Shown piece by piece: positions 60,308 through 64,000 of a stretch of DNA of 64,000 nt. Position 1 is the first letter of the stretch; each line of letters opens with the position of its first letter. The stretch covers positions 132,144,330 to 132,208,329 of the forward strand of contig NC_068982.1 of NCBI RefSeq assembly GCF_001194135.2, in the 5' to 3' direction. Below the pieces are notes generated by a model. It was given only the letters and a program-made list of their open reading frames with translations, was not told the DNA's origin and ran no database searches. Source of the stretch: Octopus bimaculoides (lineage: Eukaryota). A program made the translations under genes and the position numbers.

Positions 60308-61194
60308 NNNNNNNNNNNNNNNNNNNNNNNNNNNNNNNNNNNNNNNNNNNNNNNNNNNNNNNNNNNNNNNNNNNNNNNNNNNNNNNNNNNNNNNNNNNNN
60401 NNNNNNNNNNNNNNNNNNNNNNNNNNNNNNNNNNNNNNNNNNNNNNNNNNNNNNNNNNNNNNNNNNNNNNNNNNNNNNNNNNNNNNNNNNNNNNNNNNNN
60501 NNNNNNNNNNNNNNNNNNNNNNNNNNNNNNNNNNNNNNNNNNNNNNNNNNNNNNNNNNNNNNNNNNNNNNNNNNNNNNNNNNNNNNNNNNNNNNNNNNNN
60601 NNNNNNNNNNNNNNNNNNNNNNNNNNNNNNNNNNNNNNNNNNNNNNNNNNNNNNNNNNNNNNNNNNNNNNNNNNNNNNNNNNNNNNNNNNNNNNNNNNNN
60701 NNNNNNNNNNNNNNNNNNNNNNNNNNNNNNNNNNNNNNNNNNNNNNNNNNNNNNNNNNNNNNNNNNNNNNNNNNNNNNNNNNNNNNNNNNNNNNNNNNNN
60801 NNNNNNNNNNNNNNNNNNNNNNNNNNNNNNNNNNNNNNNNNNNNNNNNNNNNNNNNNNNNNNNNNNNNNNNNNNNNNNNNNNNNNNNNNNNNNNNNNNNN
60901 NNNNNNNNNNNNNNNNNNNNNNNNNNNNNNNNNNNNNNNNNNNNNNNNNNNNNNNNNNNNNNNNNNNNNNNNNNNNNNNNNNNNNNNNNNNNNNNNNNNN
61001 NNNNNNNNNNNNNNNNNNNNNNNNNNNNNNNNNNNNNNNNNNNNNNNNNNNNNNNNNNNNNNNNNNNNNNNNNNNNNNNNNNNNNNNNNNNNNNNNNNNN
61101 NNNNNNNNNNNNNNNNNNNNNNNNNNNNNNNNNNNNNNNNNNNNNNNNNNNNNNNNNNNNNNNNNNNNNNNNNNNNNNNNNNNNNNNNNNNNNN
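60308..61194. other. Assembly gap flanked by (AT)n
   Basis: N run. Confidence 1.
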
Positions 61195-61226
<32 letters not shown>

Positions 61227-61602
61227 GTATGTATACATGCGTGTTTGGCGGATCTCGCTCATTTGATGGTGAAGATTCAGTTTCTCGATCAACGGAATTA
61301 CTTTTTCCTCTATTTACAAATAAATGTTTTCCTGAAAGTAATTTTCATATCATTATTCTCAGCATGACATGGTAGGTGAGAACTAGTATATTCTTTAATC
61401 AGAAGGAATTAAATTCAGCCGACGGTCTCTATTCAATTTCTTTCTATTATTTCAACAAAGAGTATCGGTCGACCCGAAGCTAAAGAAAGTAAGATTGACC
61501 CAAGATACAGTGCAATTAAATTGAACGTGGCATCTCGCAGTTGAATAGCGAACTTGTAAAACATTCGGTCATACTTCTCTTGTATGTGTCTATGTCTGTG
61601 TG

Positions 61603-61642
<40 letters not shown>

Positions 61643-62396
61643 ATAAAGTAATTCTTGCTCTATGACAAATGTTTTTCTAATGACAGCTGTTGATGTATTA
61701 CAGGAAAGTTTACAATATTTGTGGAAAACGTTACTTTTGTTTATTGTTATTTCAAATAAAATGGTTTCACTTAGTTGTTTATTCCATGCATAGGTACAAG
61801 ACACGAAATCTAAAGAATGGTTACATCTGATTAAACCGGTGCCAGTAATCAACTAATCCATTATTTTATCAACCCTCACAGGATGAAAAGCAAAATCAAA
61901 GCTGTGTGCCGTTTGAACTCAGAGACTAGGTATCTCAAGGGAATTCTACTCTTAATTTACTAATTCTCCCGATACGCATTAATATAAAATTGCGGATCAA
62001 ACATTTTGGTATTCTGAAGCAGATGCAGATGGGTTTTTTGGTTTTTTTTTAGTTTTTATTTCCATTTTTTTTATTCGTTCCATTTTTTTTATTCGTTCCA
62101 TTTTTTTTTCTTTCGTGATCAATGTTAAAATCTGAATACAATGCTTCAGTTAATTACAGGAAATACACATGGAAAGATATAGCCACACTTACACGCAAAA
62201 ATTACTACATGCATACATACGTATATGCACACATGCATATATATGCACGTATGTACGTACTTATGCACAGGCGCACATAACTAACAAGCGGAAACCACTA
62301 GTAAACACATATGTACGCATACATATATAACTAGACTCCCACAATGACACCTACCCTCACACATCTACACGCACGCACAGACATGCATACACAAGC

Positions 62397-62397
<1 letters not shown>

Positions 62398-62437
<40 letters not shown>

Positions 62438-62482
62438 CTCTCTCTCTCTCTCTCTCTATCTCTATCTCTCTTTCTCTCTCTC
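62398..62482. repeat. (AC)n(TC)n
   Basis: Direct reading. Confidence 0.95.
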
Positions 62483-63076
62483 TCACTCGCACGTATACAC
62501 ACCTAGCTGCACTCACGTGTGTTGATTTAACAAAATATCCGTATATTCTAGACTGACACTGAAGTATGCCATTAATACCTGTGGGCGTAATTTATTCACT
62601 TTCTAATTGCGTAAGATAAAGATACGGCGCGAAAGGTAATTTGTCTGCTTGATCTATATGTGATAAAGATAAAAAACAGAGATTGATGTTAAAACAAACG
62701 AATTAAAAATATAACGAAGCATTATGAAGACTAGATGGACCAGGAAGTGTCACTTTTATTCATTTAGTTCAGCTGCCCTGTTTGTAAACAGTACATACAT
62801 CATATTGCTTTTATATGTTAATGTAATTATTTATTTACATAGAAAATATTCCAGCCATCTAAATCATTTCTCACTTCTTTTTTCGTTAGCTATTATGTTT
62901 AAGTTGCGTGTTGCAGATGATTGAGTCAGTTTAGACATGGGGCAACGAACTGAAGGGTTAATTGTATCTGTGGCCAACACGCTGAACACTCAAAAGATTT
63001 AATCCATGTAAATGTCACGTGGACAACACATTTCTCGCTAAAAACAACAAAACCACAGTTTTATTAATGATTTTTT

Positions 63077-63250
63077 TAAGGCGGTGACAGCATTTTTCCC
63101 GGTTTTACGTTCCTACTTCAAATTTTGCCGACGTCGACTTGTCCATCCTTCTGGTATCGATAAAATAAGTGCCACTACGCTACTGAAGTTGATGTAATAT
63201 CGACATACCCTCTCTCCCAAAATTTCAGGCCTTCTGCTTTGAGTAGAAAA
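63077..63250 (+). mobile_element. Family 3 SINE with internal deletion
   Basis: aaggcggtga head, cttcaaattttgccgacgtcgact, ccaaaatttcaggcct tail. Confidence 0.75.
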
Positions 63251-63834
63251 AAATAATAATCGCTTTATTAGCTTGTGCGGTGCTCAATTCTTCATAAAGA
63301 TTTATACTCTATTAACCAGCTTCAATTTATAGTTCTTAGTTGTGTTGGCCAGTCTTATTATGAACTCTGATCTTGGTTATAGATTTCATGTGAATTCTGT
63401 GGTATAATGCGCCATCCAGTCATACATTAATCATGCACTGATGTAAAACGAATGATTTTTCTCTTCCTAAACTCCTGACAGACAAGATATTTATTTCACA
63501 ACGCTTTTAACAAGAAGCCTTTTTCAGTAATCCGAATACATAATAAGATATTGTATGCAACTGCTGACCTTCACTAACAATAGATTCATTGTCAGCTGTC
63601 TGTTGAAGTTCATATAATAAATCCACAAGAAATAATGGAACAAACAACAAAACCACCCCTTTATCGGTCGCTCAGAAAAAAACAGTGCATTGAATGAATT
63701 TATGTTCACACTCACAGAACTTATCGTACAGCTTCAGAACATAATCTACATTAGGGAAATTTTTAGGATTCTTGATAATTAGCCAACAATCAATCTCTAT
63801 ATTGAGAGAACAATATTATTTTAATGTTTCATTA

Positions 63835-64000
63835 ATTTCAGTCACTTGATTATGACCACGCTGGAGCACTACTTCAATGGTTTAGTCGATTATACCGACT
63901 CAGTAATTATTTCATTTGATGCATATATTACCGAACCTCAAACAAACACCGGTTGTCGAACGGTGAAACACCAACATAAAGACGTACACAAACACACAAA
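63835..64000 (-). mobile_element. Family 2 SINE 3' portion
   Basis: cagtcacttgattatgaccacgctggagcac matches the revcomp of 39540-39575. Confidence 0.6.

Overview
AT-rich eukaryotic (animal) non-coding DNA from a draft assembly with eight N-gaps and dense microsatellites ((AAT)n, (AC)n, (AT)n, (AGAT)n, (AGA)n). The SINE repertoire and repeat texture suggest a cephalopod such as Octopus (inference). I can support no intact host gene, rRNA, genuine tRNA or CRISPR array. Nearly all long ORFs in the track come from microsatellites, N-gaps or transposon remnants. The window holds: (1) about ten fragments of R4/Dong-clade LINEs with a restriction-like endonuclease, often stacked in tandem on (AAT)n tracts; (2) four Penelope-like element (PLE) remnants; (3) RTE, Tx1/L1, CR1/L2-group, mariner and Helitron remnants; (4) many tRNA-derived SINEs of at least three families; (5) a ~556-bp AAT-flanked element present twice. 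The most interesting signal, found by manual folding, is a set of type I hammerhead ribozyme (HHR) motifs. Three have complete cores and stems (11492-11560 minus, 27007-27083 plus, 54345-54405 plus). One minimal HHR lies downstream of a tRNA-like Pol III head (52836-53022). A three-copy family (about 39002, 54046, 54358) includes two copies 312 nt apart, the layout expected of a non-LTR retrozyme monomer. All folds and family assignments were made by eye and need computational or biochemical confirmation.
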